DNA from: Dehalococcoidia bacterium
Lineage (GTDB): Bacteria; Chloroflexota; Dehalococcoidia; Lucifugimonadales; UBA2985
Length of the DNA stretch: 64,000 nt
Direction: 5' to 3'
NCBI GenBank assembly: GCA_034421015.1
Contig: DAOUKT010000003.1
Span: forward strand, 5,152 to 69,151
Each line of letters begins with the position of its first letter. The stretch's first letter is position 1. Positions 1 through 9,811 of this stretch are shown in pieces. Both the position numbers and the translations under genes were made by a program. A model generated the notes under the pieces. It did not search any database, was not told the DNA's origin, and saw only the letters and a list, made by a program, of their open reading frames with translations.

Positions 1-1893
1 CTCTCGCACGCCGGACGGCGGGTCTCCAAGCGCGTCCACCAGGGGGCGGGGATCGGAGCGGAGCGCCAGCAGGGACTCGTCATCAATCATGAACAGGGGA
101 GACCGCAGCGCCCCGACCAGAGCGATGGCGTCGTCAGGCTCGGCCAGCCAGCCCAGGAGGTTGGTCAGGTCCACCACCTCCTGCCGGGTGAAGTATCCCG
201 TCCCGGAGGCGGTCCTGTATGGAACGCCGCGGCTCTCCAGGGCCTGCTCGTAGAGGTGGACGTTGGCTAGGCGTCGCAGCAGAATCGCCACGTCCGAGGG
301 CGCGGCGGGCCGGGTCTTTTCGGGGTCATCCGGGTCTCTCTCCCAGACCGGGGCGCCGGAGTCCAGCAGCGACTTGATCTCGGCGGCGACAGCGTCGGCC
401 TCCACCCTCCGCTTCTCGACGTCCCTTGCCTTTCCGCCGCCGGGCATCTCGTTGGAGACCGTCTGGATCACGACGTGGGGCGCTACCGGCGATTCCGTCC
501 CTCGACCCTCCATTGCCTGCATGGCCGCCTCAAAGTCCCGGCGTGGGTCCTGGAAGACGCCTTCAAAGAGCGTGTTCAGGCATTCGACAAGGGGATTGTG
601 GGCGCGGAAGGAGCGGCTGAGGGCGTGAATGGAGCCCCCGGCCTCGGTCTCCTCCCGCAGCCTTGTGAAGCCGCGCACGTCGCTTCCCCGGAAGCGGTAG
701 ATTGCCTGCTTGACATCGCCGACCAGGAAGAGGCGCGGCCTGCCGGTTGCGGGTTCGTCGTGACCCGACAGAAGGCGGAGCAGCTCAATCTGGGGCGGGT
801 TCACGTCCTGGAGCTCGTCAACCATCAGGTGCCGGAATCTTGAGCGGTAGGCCGCGGCGATGTCCGGGTGCGACCTTAGAAGCTCAATTGCCTTCATCTC
901 CAGGTCCAGGTAGTCCAGGGCCGCGAGTTCTCTCTTGCGAGCCTCGTACCGGGCGCAGGCGTCCCTGAAGAGATCGTACAGGCGGTCCAGGACCTCCAGG
1001 GCAAGCTCGTCGTGATCGTTCCACCGCGGCAGCTTTCCCAGCTCTTCGCCGATGGCCCGCATACGGCGCATTCTGTCCCTGACTTCCCTTACGTCGTAGG
1101 CCCAGTTCCTGGCGGTCCCGCCTTGGAGGTTGATTCTCCCGCCTGTTGCTATCGCTCTCTCCAGCAGGTCGGCGCTGTCGCCTTGTCGCGGGTCGCCCAG
1201 GGCTTCGAGGGCGTTCTTCAAACTGCCGGAAAGGGGGTCATCCCCGCCGGTGTGGGCATCCCTCAGCCAGGAGGACAGCTCAACCAGCTCCGGTCGGACC
1301 TCTTCCACCGCCCCTTGAGCGCCCTCCTCCATCAGCCTGCGGATGCGAGCGGCCCGGTCGCCGTCGCCGTTCAACGCCGCGTACGACTCCTCCACTTCGT
1401 TGCGCCGTCTCACCATCCGCGGCAGGTTGACCGCTGCTGCGTAGACTCCAATCTCCAGCAGAGCCTTCGAGCGTTGGTCGTCCGCCTCCGCGGCCTCCTC
1501 CAGCGCGTCGGCGCACGCCTCCATCAGCTCAAGCTCCGCTTCGTCCTCGCTGAGGACGCCCGCCGCCGGGTCCAGGGCCGACTCCACAGGATGCTCCCTG
1601 AGAATACGAAGGCACAGGGAGTGGAACGTGCCGATTACGGCCTCGTCCAGGTCCCTCCGGTGGTCGTGCAGGTCCGGCTTCTCCTGCACCTGGCGTCTCA
1701 CACGCTCCCGCATCTCCGTGGCCGCGGCGTCGGTGAAGGTGACGGCGGCAATCTCCGGTATGCGGCACTCGTCAAGCAGGGCCAGGTAGCGCTCTACAAG
1801 GACGTGGGTCTTGCCGCTGCCCGCGCCCGCGGTGACGAGGATGTCGCTGCCGCGGTGGTTGACGATTTGCTCCTGTTCGGCCGTCAGCGCCAT
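1..1893 (-). CDS. addA: ATP-dependent helicase/nuclease AddA (UvrD/Rep SF1 family); C-terminal part runs off the window
   Basis: Own translation of the minus strand from ATG 1893-1891: MALTAEQEQIVNHRGSDILVTAGAGSGKTHVLVERY (Walker A), later RHLMVDELQDVNPPQ and FLVGDVKQAIYRFRGSD. I checked every triplet 1-1893 in this frame and found no stop, so the ORF leaves the window, which explains its absence from the ORF track. The start overlaps the addB stop by 10 nt. Confidence 0.8.
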   Translation of the reverse strand, partial: MALTAEQEQIVNHRGSDILVTAGAGSGKTHVLVERYLALLDECRIPEIAAVTFTDAAATEMRERVRRQVQEKPDLHDHRRDLDEAVIGTFHSLCLRILREHPVESALDPAAGVLSEDEAELELMEACADALEEAAEADDQRSKALLEIGVYAAAVNLPRMVRRRNEVEESYAALNGDGDRAARIRRLMEEGAQGAVEEVRPELVELSSWLRDAHTGGDDPLSGSLKNALEALGDPRQGDSADLLERAIATGGRINLQGGTARNWAYDVREVRDRMRRMRAIGEELGKLPRWNDHDELALEVLDRLYDLFRDACARYEARKRELAALDYLDLEMKAIELLRSHPDIAAAYRSRFRHLMVDELQDVNPPQIELLRLLSGHDEPATGRPRLFLVGDVKQAIYRFRGSDVRGFTRLREETEAGGSIHALSRSFRAHNPLVECLNTLFEGVFQDPRRDFEAAMQAMEGRGTESPVAPHVVIQTVSNEMPGGGKARDVEKRRVEADAVAAEIKSLLDSGAPVWERDPDDPEKTRPAAPSDVAILLRRLANVHLYEQALESRGVPYRTASGTGYFTRQEVVDLTNLLGWLAEPDDAIALVGALRSPLFMIDDESLLALRSDPRPLVDALGDPPSGVRE

Positions 1894-4811
1894 CTCTTGT
1901 CCCTGCTGAACTGGTTTACCCTGCAGGCGTGCTTGAAGGCGCAGTATGCGGGGCAGATGTCCACTTGGGGAAACACCCTGAAATCGCCCGACTCCACGGA
2001 GTTGCGCACCTCTCCCGCGACAGTGACCACGTTCTCCAGGATTGCAGCGTCCTCCGGCTTGGAGGAGTCGATGTTCCACTGGCGTATGCCGGGGTCCAGC
2101 CAGGCGTAACGGGCGATGATCCTGCCGGCCCCGGTCTCCTTCCGGCCCAGGTACCCGTAAAGCTGAAGCTGCAGGCGTCGGCCGTCGGCCACCTCGGCCC
2201 TCCGTATCTGGCGGCCGGACTTGTAGTCCACGATGACGACAACGCCGCTGCCCTCGTCCAGCCTGTCGATTCCGGCGGTGACTCGCATGGGTGGATCAAG
2301 GTCCAGCGAGGCCAACACCTGCTTCTCGGCGCCAAGGATGCGTGTTACGCCCGCGGCTTCGCTCAGCCCGGCCTCCGTCTCCAGAAGCATCTCTATCTGC
2401 TGAAGGGTCGCATCCGCCTCCAGCCGCCACAGGGCGGCGCGCCCGAAGCCCATATCGGCCGGCGCCCGGTCCCATATCTCCCTGCCATTGGAGCGAAGGC
2501 GCGAGAGGGCTTCGCCCAGGTTCGCTTGAGTGAGGGCCCGTCCCTCGCTGATGAGAGGGTCCAGGGCGTCCTGAAGGATTTCGTGGACAACCGTGCCGCG
2601 CGTGGCGGCGTCCGCCTCGTCCATCTCCTCATCCACCTCCTGAAGGCGCAGGGCGTAGCGGCTGAAGAACTGGAAGGCGCACGTCCGATAGGACTCAAGA
2701 CGGCTGGCGCTCCACACGGCGTCCGGCCCGGTGAGGCGGGGCACGCGATCACTGGGCAGGACGCCCTCGTACTCACCGGCGTCACCAAAGGAGCGCCTGC
2801 GCTGCTCGATGTGGAACGCCTTTCTTGCGACGTGCCAGGCGTTGAGATTAGCGGGGCGAAGGACGCCGCCTTCGGGCCACTGCCGGGCGCAGGCGATGGC
2901 TAGCTCCCGGCGGGAGGCTGTCTGCTCGGGCGTCGGCTCGACGGCCGTGAGGCGCAAGTCCGGTTTGACCCGGTCCAGGTAGTAGGAAGCCGCCGCGGGA
3001 CGCCCCCTATCGTCCAGGCGAGTCTTCCACAGCGCCATCTCGCCCTCCGCCCGGCTGGACACGGCGTTCCAGAGCTCGTCCTCCGAGAGGCGGGGATCCG
3101 GCGGTAGCTCGAGGCCGGCGCGGCCCAGCGCCTCCATTGCCGCGCCGTCGAGAAGGGAAGTCGACGTGCGAGGGGCCGGGAACTCGCCCTCCACCAGCCC
3201 GCCCACGGCCACGAAGTCGAAGCGCAGGCCGTGGAGCGTGTGCATCGGAGCGAGGAACACGCCGCCCGGCTGGCCGATGAGGACGGCCGGGGCCTCCAGC
3301 CTGGCCTCCAGTCTGAGAAGGAAGGCCTCCAATGGCTCAGGTTCGCCGCCGAGAAACTCGTGTACGGAGACTATCTCCCGGAGATAGCCCCGAAGGGTCT
3401 CAAGCTCCGAGTCCACTCCGTTGAGACGCCGCGATCCGGGGTCGACGAGGGGCTGGCTGCCAAACAGGACCTCCTCCAACCTCCGAGCGTGCCCGGCCGG
3501 TGTGTCGGGGGGCTGCTCCAGCAGGTCGCGCAGCTCGCCTATTGCTGTCCTCATCCCGGCGGCGGCCCGTCGCATATCATAGCGGGCGTGGTCGGGCGTA
3601 CTGCCCTCGTCGGCCTCGCTCATCAGGCCTTCCGAGGCCCGCTCCAGGGCTTCCAGTCCCGCCCAGTTGTGATTCCTCCGGGCCCTCCGGGCGAATCGCG
3701 TCACGTCCTCCCGGGACATCTGCCAGCGCGCAAGATCGACGAACCCGCTGGAGAGCGCGCCAACCAGATCCTGGAGGCGCCAGCCGTCCTGGGCCAGGCG
3801 CAGCAGGCGTCGGAGCCACGCTCCCAGGGGACGGCTGCTGAGGCGTTCGCCGGCGGCTGGGTCAAGGGGCAGGTCGTACTCGGCGAAGACCTGCCGGGCC
3901 AGGCTGAGGTGAGGCGATACCTGGCGAAAAGTGACAGCGAAGTCGGACGGGCGCAGCGACGGGTTGTCCGTCAGGCGCTGCTTGATCTGGCGGGCGATGG
4001 CGCGCATCTGGCCTTCGCGGTCGGCTGCGCTGCCCGCGACCACAGTCGGAGTGTTCGGTGGAGCGTCTTCCAGGCGTTCCAGGTTGGCATTGGGGAAGAG
4101 GTTGACGAGCCTGGCGTAGTCGTGCCTGGACCGATGACCCGCGTCCGGGTCAAAGGTGATGTACAGCTCACTCCCCTCAGCCAGGGCCCTCAGAAGCTTC
4201 AGCTCCGTGCCGCGAAACAGCTGGAACCCGTCCACCAGGACTACGGGCGGCAGGGCCGCGCCCACATCCACAGCGTCCGCCGCCACCTCTGCAGCCTGCG
4301 AGGGGTGCGCCCACTGCCTCTCGGAAAGCTCGGCGACGTATGCCGCGTGGATGGCCGCGAGAGCCGCCAGGCTGCTTGAGCCGGTCCTGCCCGCGGCCTC
4401 CGAGAAGGCTTGCGGCTCGATGCCCTCGGCCAGCAAGTCGCGGATTGCGGCTCCCAGAAGCCCCACAAGGCCCCGGGATGAAGCAATTGGCTCGAAATAG
4501 GCCGCGGGCCCGCTGCGGATCTCACGCCGTATCGTCCGCGCCAGAAGCTCCTCGGCCACCGCCGCCGATGGAATGCTGGCATCGGAAGCCAGGTGGCGGC
4601 TGAACTGCCCGATGGTGGACACGCGCAGGCGGAGGGCAACTCCGCAGCTGGCAACCAGCCGCCGGCGGAACTGGTCGCCGTGGCGCAGCGTGGGCGTCAG
4701 CACAACGGCTTCGGCGAAGGGGTCGGCGTTGTAGAGGGCCGTCAGCCTTGCTATGACGGCGTCCGTCTTCCCGCTGCCGGGCCCGCCGGTGATGATTGTT
4801 GGGTTGGGCAT
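1884..4811 (-). CDS. addB: AddB-like helicase-nuclease subunit (Walker A N-terminus, C-terminal nuclease/Cys-cluster region)
   Basis: ORF track 1884-5522, with the start trimmed to ATG 4811 (MPNPTIITGGPGSGKTDAV). The 237 upstream residues are Gly/Val-rich antisense of the Pro/Thr linker of the neighbouring gene. The C-terminus ...VFPQVDICPAYCAFKHACRV resembles the AddB Fe-S Cys motif. The gene lies immediately upstream of addA with overlapping stop and start. Confidence 0.75.
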   Translation of the reverse strand: MPNPTIITGGPGSGKTDAVIARLTALYNADPFAEAVVLTPTLRHGDQFRRRLVASCGVALRLRVSTIGQFSRHLASDASIPSAAVAEELLARTIRREIRSGPAAYFEPIASSRGLVGLLGAAIRDLLAEGIEPQAFSEAAGRTGSSSLAALAAIHAAYVAELSERQWAHPSQAAEVAADAVDVGAALPPVVLVDGFQLFRGTELKLLRALAEGSELYITFDPDAGHRSRHDYARLVNLFPNANLERLEDAPPNTPTVVAGSAADREGQMRAIARQIKQRLTDNPSLRPSDFAVTFRQVSPHLSLARQVFAEYDLPLDPAAGERLSSRPLGAWLRRLLRLAQDGWRLQDLVGALSSGFVDLARWQMSREDVTRFARRARRNHNWAGLEALERASEGLMSEADEGSTPDHARYDMRRAAAGMRTAIGELRDLLEQPPDTPAGHARRLEEVLFGSQPLVDPGSRRLNGVDSELETLRGYLREIVSVHEFLGGEPEPLEAFLLRLEARLEAPAVLIGQPGGVFLAPMHTLHGLRFDFVAVGGLVEGEFPAPRTSTSLLDGAAMEALGRAGLELPPDPRLSEDELWNAVSSRAEGEMALWKTRLDDRGRPAAASYYLDRVKPDLRLTAVEPTPEQTASRRELAIACARQWPEGGVLRPANLNAWHVARKAFHIEQRRRSFGDAGEYEGVLPSDRVPRLTGPDAVWSASRLESYRTCAFQFFSRYALRLQEVDEEMDEADAATRGTVVHEILQDALDPLISEGRALTQANLGEALSRLRSNGREIWDRAPADMGFGRAALWRLEADATLQQIEMLLETEAGLSEAAGVTRILGAEKQVLASLDLDPPMRVTAGIDRLDEGSGVVVIVDYKSGRQIRRAEVADGRRLQLQLYGYLGRKETGAGRIIARYAWLDPGIRQWNIDSSKPEDAAILENVVTVAGEVRNSVESGDFRVFPQVDICPAYCAFKHACRVNQFSRDKRWR

Positions 4812-4844
4812 GGAGCGTTTTCCTGGTGAAGGAGTAGAGACTCC

Positions 4845-4850
4845 ATTATA
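4845..4850 (-). promoter_or_regulatory. TATAAT -10 box upstream of addB
   Basis: Minus-strand reading is GGTCTATAATGG, about 34 nt upstream of ATG 4811. Confidence 0.3.
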
Positions 4851-5013
4851 GACCACCCCTGCGGGCGGCTCAAAGCGTGAGGCGGGTGGTTGCAGTGGCG
4901 GCGCGCGGCGCACCGGGAGTGGGCTGGACGTGACGCAATCGCCAGGCAAATGGAGTATGCTTGGAAACAATTGCAAAACCCATTGGTTTTCGCTTGCAGG
5001 AAGAGGGGTACTC

Positions 5014-7881
5014 ATGAATAAGCTGGCCGTAGGAACGCTTTTGGTTCTGGTCTTGGCCTTGGTACTCGGCTGCACCTCAACGCCTGATTCCACGACGGTT
5101 CCTGAACCTGCTTCAACTTCAGTCCCCACTCTGGCCCCAAGGCCGACCCCTACTGTTGCCTCCGCGCCGGCGCCAACGTTAACTCCAATTCCTATGGACA
5201 CGGAGATACCCGCAACTATCTCCTCCGACGCGCTGGCGCCCACTGCGACGGATGTGCCCAAACCCTTACCTACACCAACTCCCATCCCGCCACCTACCGC
5301 TACCTCTACACCAACGCCGACACCGCTCCCAACTGCGACTCCCACCCCAGATCCAATACTTGCTCGAATTGAAGAGGCGCTCTCGGCCATCGAAGATTTG
5401 TCATGGGTGCAGGACGGCGTTTCGGAGTTGGAGAACGGTTCTGTTGAGTACTTGAGGTCAATCGCACATTCATCTCCGGACGCTCTTGAGAGGTTGATGC
5501 TGAAGCCGTGGCTGGACGCCACCGGCGATGACCCTCACTACTCTGAGCCGGCCGTCATCCGACACCTCGCTCAAATGCTGAGGTATGATCATGAAGTAAC
5601 AATTAGGGTCTTCGAACTGGGTTTTCTGGATACCATTGAGCTCGAGGACCCTGGCCTGCTTGAATATTTCCTTGATCTCCTCACCTCTGACCCGGAGGGA
5701 CTCAGGCAGTTGCTTGAGCATCCGGAATTGTCCGTTGACTCCGTGGACACCGAGAGAAGGCCCATTCCGTTGTTGTACCTGGAATCTAAAGACCGGGAAT
5801 CGGCAGAGTCGATTGAGGCATTGCCCTGGGTGCAGGACGGGATGCAGGGCTTCGAAATCTGGTCTGTTATGCACTTGGCGGATCTGGCGTTGGTTTCTCA
5901 GCAGGTGTTCCATGCGCTGCTCGAAAGAGAACTGAACTGGCTGCCACCGGATCCTGATAGCTGGGCCCATGGGGATGCCCTTGACTCCATAGTCTCAATA
6001 AGCGAATCGGACGAGGGGGCGGCCCTAATGATTTTGGACATGCCGTTTCTCAAGACCCTTGATCACGCCGGCTTTGAGGCGCTGAGGCTTCTGGCCGACT
6101 TGGCCGCATCTGATTCGAGACAACTCAGGCATTTGCTGTCCCACAATGTGCTGAGTGGAGGCCCGGAAGAGAATCCGGGAGTCGCGGTCGCTCTTCTTGA
6201 CCTGAGGAGGAGGGATGCGGAGGCCGCCGATCAGATTGAGGCCTTGGCCTGGGTCCAGAATGGCATAGGCAAACCCGCATACGAAAACGTGAGTCTTGCC
6301 AATCCTGACCCAGCCGAGTACGAGCAAGGCGTGGTGTTGGACCTCATCAACCTGGCGGCGCAGTCACGGGACGTGTTTACGGCGTTGGTGAGCAAGCCTT
6401 GGATGCAGGACAGCCTGAACCAATCGGAAAATGAAGTGGTGGACGGGATAGTTGGTATTGCAGCCCGCGGCAGTGAACATGCCCTGAAGCTATTGGGAAT
6501 GCCATTCCTGGAAACTATAGAAAGAGACGACGACTGGATGCTTGAGATAGTTGTTGAGCTGGCAAGGTATGATCCGAATGCCGTCGAAACGCTCCTGTCC
6601 CATCCGGAACTCAAGGGTGGAATAGAGGATGGCCAAGTAGCTGTGTTGAACGGAGTGTCGCTTGAGATTCGAGACCCTGAGGCGGCATCGGCCATCAACG
6701 CGTTGTCCTGGGTGAGTGACGGTATAAGCCCCGCTGAGGACAATGGACTGATTCATTTGCAATTTGCTGCGCTGCAATCCAGTCAGATATTTCTGGTTTT
6801 GATGGAGAAGCCATGGGTGCAGGACGGCCTGAATGAAAACGAGTCGTCCACCATTGGTCATCTCTTGGTGTTGTCCAGCGTTTTGCCTACCGACCGTGCG
6901 GAAACAGTGGTGTTGGGTCTCTTGGCTATGCCGTTCCTTGAATCCGTGGATCGTGTGGATGCAGTGGCAATGGACTCTCTCAATGCTCTGTATTTTGAGG
7001 AAGACGGCGTCCACTTGCATCAGACTCTAACCCATCCTTTTCTTCAGGACGGAATCACTGATGACAAGGCAGTGGTCGTTTCCGTGCTGAGCATGGTGGC
7101 TCGGGAGCGCCCGGAGCTGCTGGATGTCCTTCTGGACCCGGAGCTTACGACTGTGGAAAAGCGCGTCGTCTCCCTTCCGCTGGCGGGTGACGTGATACTG
7201 GCGGTCGTGAGCGTCGAGGCCGGAGCGGCAGGCCATCTTGATTTGTTTGAGAGAATTGTCAGGATCCAAGAGGAGATAATGGGCGTACCATTTCCAAGGC
7301 AGTACGCCGCCCTGCTGGTGGCAGAAGCTTCGAGGTTTGGTGGGCAGGGAAGCTCCCGCGGAATAATCACCGTAGACCCATCGCTGGTAGAGGGTTCCGG
7401 TGTACTTGCCCACGAGATCGCCCACATCTACTGGTCTTATGGCAATGTCTGGATTTCGGAAGGTGGTGCGGAACTTATCCGTGAAATCACCCAAATCAAA
7501 ATGTCCGGCAGAGCGCTCATTCCGTTTGAGGCTTCCTGCTCCCTGGCGGGCAACATTGGCGACCTGGAACGACTTGCATTTGATCTGACCACTGTTGACT
7601 CCGTTAGCGCCAGTGAAACCATATACTGGTCTGGTTGTATGTACACCCTTGGCCTTGGTCTCTTTATGGAACTGTATCAGGAGCTGGGGACGGAAACGTT
7701 CCGGCAGGGATTCGGCAGCCTCTATCTGAAGCTGGAGGCCGAAGAGCACAGCGAGTGCACCGGACTGGAGCGGGGCCTGTGCTACGTGAGGGCAGCCTTC
7801 GTGGACGACGCCCCACCGAAGGCCGCGGCCGTTGCGGAGGAGATCATCCACAAGTGGTACTACGGCAATCCCATTCCCTGA
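5014..7881 (+). CDS. exported (lipobox-like signal) repeat-containing zinc metallopeptidase (HExxH gluzincin)
   Basis: ORF track 4930-7881, with the start moved to ATG 5014 (MNKLAVGTLLVLVLALVLGC, signal peptide ending in Cys). It has a Pro/Thr-rich linker and four roughly 150-aa internal repeats. The C-terminal HEIAHIYWSYGNVWISEGGAE matches the HExxH...WxxEG motif of MA-clan peptidases. Confidence 0.6.
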   Translation: MNKLAVGTLLVLVLALVLGCTSTPDSTTVPEPASTSVPTLAPRPTPTVASAPAPTLTPIPMDTEIPATISSDALAPTATDVPKPLPTPTPIPPPTATSTPTPTPLPTATPTPDPILARIEEALSAIEDLSWVQDGVSELENGSVEYLRSIAHSSPDALERLMLKPWLDATGDDPHYSEPAVIRHLAQMLRYDHEVTIRVFELGFLDTIELEDPGLLEYFLDLLTSDPEGLRQLLEHPELSVDSVDTERRPIPLLYLESKDRESAESIEALPWVQDGMQGFEIWSVMHLADLALVSQQVFHALLERELNWLPPDPDSWAHGDALDSIVSISESDEGAALMILDMPFLKTLDHAGFEALRLLADLAASDSRQLRHLLSHNVLSGGPEENPGVAVALLDLRRRDAEAADQIEALAWVQNGIGKPAYENVSLANPDPAEYEQGVVLDLINLAAQSRDVFTALVSKPWMQDSLNQSENEVVDGIVGIAARGSEHALKLLGMPFLETIERDDDWMLEIVVELARYDPNAVETLLSHPELKGGIEDGQVAVLNGVSLEIRDPEAASAINALSWVSDGISPAEDNGLIHLQFAALQSSQIFLVLMEKPWVQDGLNENESSTIGHLLVLSSVLPTDRAETVVLGLLAMPFLESVDRVDAVAMDSLNALYFEEDGVHLHQTLTHPFLQDGITDDKAVVVSVLSMVARERPELLDVLLDPELTTVEKRVVSLPLAGDVILAVVSVEAGAAGHLDLFERIVRIQEEIMGVPFPRQYAALLVAEASRFGGQGSSRGIITVDPSLVEGSGVLAHEIAHIYWSYGNVWISEGGAELIREITQIKMSGRALIPFEASCSLAGNIGDLERLAFDLTTVDSVSASETIYWSGCMYTLGLGLFMELYQELGTETFRQGFGSLYLKLEAEEHSECTGLERGLCYVRAAFVDDAPPKAAAVAEEIIHKWYYGNPIP

Positions 7882-7941
7882 ACGCTCGTGGGCTGACCAT
7901 CCCTCCTCACAGCCTGGAAGTAGCGCTCAGCCGCACGCCCG

Positions 7942-7950
7942 TGCTATCCT
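7942..7950 (+). promoter_or_regulatory. extended -10-like element TGCTATCCT upstream of rmuC
   Basis: GTGCTATCCT lies 50 nt upstream of ATG 8000. It is a member of the recurrent TGCTATnnT motif described in the findings. Confidence 0.3.
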
Positions 7951-7999
7951 GTAGACCTGTGGAAGAAGTCAACAACTGCTTGAACAGGAGGGTCGCCCT

Positions 8000-9247
8000 A
8001 TGGAGCTGATAGCTGCGCTGGTATTGGGTCTAGCGGTAGGGGGAGCGGCGTGCTGGTTCGTGCAGGGGTCTCGGGCCAGGGGACAACTGGTCGAGCAGGA
8101 CGCGGACCACCGGGAGACGGTGGCAGGCCTTCGGGGTCAGCTTGAGCAGAGGGACAACGCCGACAAGATACTGCAGTCGGCAAAGGAGCAGCTGAGCGAG
8201 GCCTTCCAGGCCACGGCCAGTCGCGCCCTGCAGAACAACACCGATATGTTCATGACCGTCGCCAACGAGAACCTGGGGAAGACCCTGGAGTCTGCCAAGG
8301 GGGACTTCAAGCAGCGTCACGAGCAGTTTGAGGCGCTGGTGAAGCCCTTGACCCAGAACTACGAGAAGCTCAACCCGCAGATTGAGTCCCTAATCCAACA
8401 GAGCCGGAACCTCGCCGCCGAGACCGGAAAGCTCTCCAGCGCCCTCACCAACAACCGCCAGATTGGCAGCTGGGGCGAGGTGCAGCTGCGCAGAGTCGTG
8501 GAGCTGGCGGGGATGACCGAGCATTGCGACTTCATGGAGCAGGCCGCCATCCCCGGCTCCGGCGAGCGGCCCGACCTGACCGTCCGGCTGCCAGAGAGAC
8601 GCGCAGTGGTGGTCGACGCCAAGGCGTCTACGGCGGCGTACATGGAGGCTTATGAGTCGGAGGACGAAGCCGGGCAGAGCGAGGCAATGATGCGCCACGC
8701 CCGGGCCCTGCGGTCCCAGGTGGACGACCTGGCCGGGAAGAACTACGGCGCGCAGGTGGAGGGATCGCTGGACTTCGTGGTCATGTTCGTGCCCGGCGAC
8801 CAGTTCCTGGCGGCGGCACTGAGCGCCAACCCCAACCTCGTCGAGTACGCCATGAGCAGGAGGGTGGCAATCGCTACCCCGGCCTCGCTGGTCTCCCTCC
8901 TGTGGGCCGTGGCCAACGGCTGGCAGCGGCACCGCATCGCGGAGAATGCGGAGGCCATTCGCCAGGCGGGGGAGGAGATGCACCAGCGCATGCAGACCTT
9001 CATCAACCACTACCAGGGCGTGGGCCGGGAGCTGAAGTCTGCCGTGGACGCCTTCAACAGGTCCATTGGCTCCTTTGACAACCGGGTTGTTCCCCAAGGG
9101 CGAAGGTTCGCCCAGCTTGTGCATGACGATGAGGACAGGTTTCCGCAGCTCCAGGCCATCGAGGAGGCGGTGTCGACGTCCCGATACGCCGACTCGCCCC
9201 CGGCCGCCCTGCCCTCCGACGACCCATCCCGCTCGGATACGCCCTGA
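8000..9247 (+). CDS. rmuC: DNA recombination protein RmuC
   Basis: ORF track. It has an N-terminal TM helix and coiled coil, then GSWGEVQLRRVVELAGM...PDLTVRLPERRAVVVDAKAS...FVVMFVPGDQFLAAAL, typical of the RmuC family. Confidence 0.85.
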   Translation: MELIAALVLGLAVGGAACWFVQGSRARGQLVEQDADHRETVAGLRGQLEQRDNADKILQSAKEQLSEAFQATASRALQNNTDMFMTVANENLGKTLESAKGDFKQRHEQFEALVKPLTQNYEKLNPQIESLIQQSRNLAAETGKLSSALTNNRQIGSWGEVQLRRVVELAGMTEHCDFMEQAAIPGSGERPDLTVRLPERRAVVVDAKASTAAYMEAYESEDEAGQSEAMMRHARALRSQVDDLAGKNYGAQVEGSLDFVVMFVPGDQFLAAALSANPNLVEYAMSRRVAIATPASLVSLLWAVANGWQRHRIAENAEAIRQAGEEMHQRMQTFINHYQGVGRELKSAVDAFNRSIGSFDNRVVPQGRRFAQLVHDDEDRFPQLQAIEEAVSTSRYADSPPAALPSDDPSRSDTP

Positions 9248-9329
9248 GTCCGGCACGCGGCCGTCCTGTCACCCAGGCGGTGTCCCGTGATAACATGGTG
9301 TTCGCTTGGAATACCTTGCAGTGAACAAT

Positions 9330-9348
9330 TGCTATAAATTGCTATACA
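9330..9348 (+). promoter_or_regulatory. tandem TGCTATAAA / TGCTATACA extended -10-like boxes upstream of the OsmC-like gene
   Basis: A direct 10-nt repeat AATTGCTATA AATTGCTATA lies 11-29 nt upstream of ATG 9359, followed by a CAGGAGG RBS. Confidence 0.3.
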
Positions 9349-9358
9349 GGAGGCAACC

Positions 9359-9799
9359 ATGACTACGACTCGTAGATCTGAGGCGGTATGGAACGGCGAC
9401 CTGGTTTCCGGCAGCGGAGTGGTGAGCGCTGTCAGCAGCGGCGCTTTCACGGACCTGCCGGTAACGTGGGTGTCCAGGACGGAGGCGGCAGGCGGCAAGA
9501 CTAGCCCTGAGGAGCTGGTGGCCTCGGCACACGCCGCCTGCTACTGCATGGCGCTGTCCTATGGTCTGGCCGGGGCAGGCACGCCTCCCACCAGGCTGGA
9601 GGTGAGCGCGACGGTGACCTTTGAGCTGGGCGCCGGTGGCCCCAGGGTCGCCTCCAGCGCCCTGACCGTGCGCGGAGATGTCCCCGGCGTCGATGAGGCG
9701 GCGTTCAAAGCTGCGGCGGAGGCCGCCAAGGACGGCTGCCCCATATCCCAGGCCCTGAAGGGCAACGTTGATCTGAGCGTGGAAGCTACCTTGGCGTAG
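9359..9799 (+). CDS. OsmC/Ohr family peroxiredoxin-like protein
   Basis: ORF track. Contains AVWNGDL..GSG...SPEELVASAHAACYCMAL...DGCPISQAL, the two-Cys pattern of the OsmC family. Confidence 0.8.
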   Translation: MTTTRRSEAVWNGDLVSGSGVVSAVSSGAFTDLPVTWVSRTEAAGGKTSPEELVASAHAACYCMALSYGLAGAGTPPTRLEVSATVTFELGAGGPRVASSALTVRGDVPGVDEAAFKAAAEAAKDGCPISQALKGNVDLSVEATLA

Positions 9800-9811
9800 G
9801 AGGCTGGGCCG

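Noticed and set aside
1012-2109. 365-aa plus-strand ORF, and other long ORFs antisense to recognisable genes (e.g. 3231-4379, 17963-19264, 28864-29850, 39118-40407, 44813-45913, 49074-50735, 55226-56755)
   Set aside because: These are high-GC shadow ORFs opposite genes with clear family motifs. Their products are Arg/Gly/Pro/Ala-rich with no recognisable domains.
4812-5522. N-terminal 237-aa Gly/Val-rich extension of the 1212-aa ORF (addB)
   Set aside because: It is the antisense translation of the Pro/Thr-rich linker of the plus-strand metallopeptidase gene. The Walker A motif begins right after ATG 4811.
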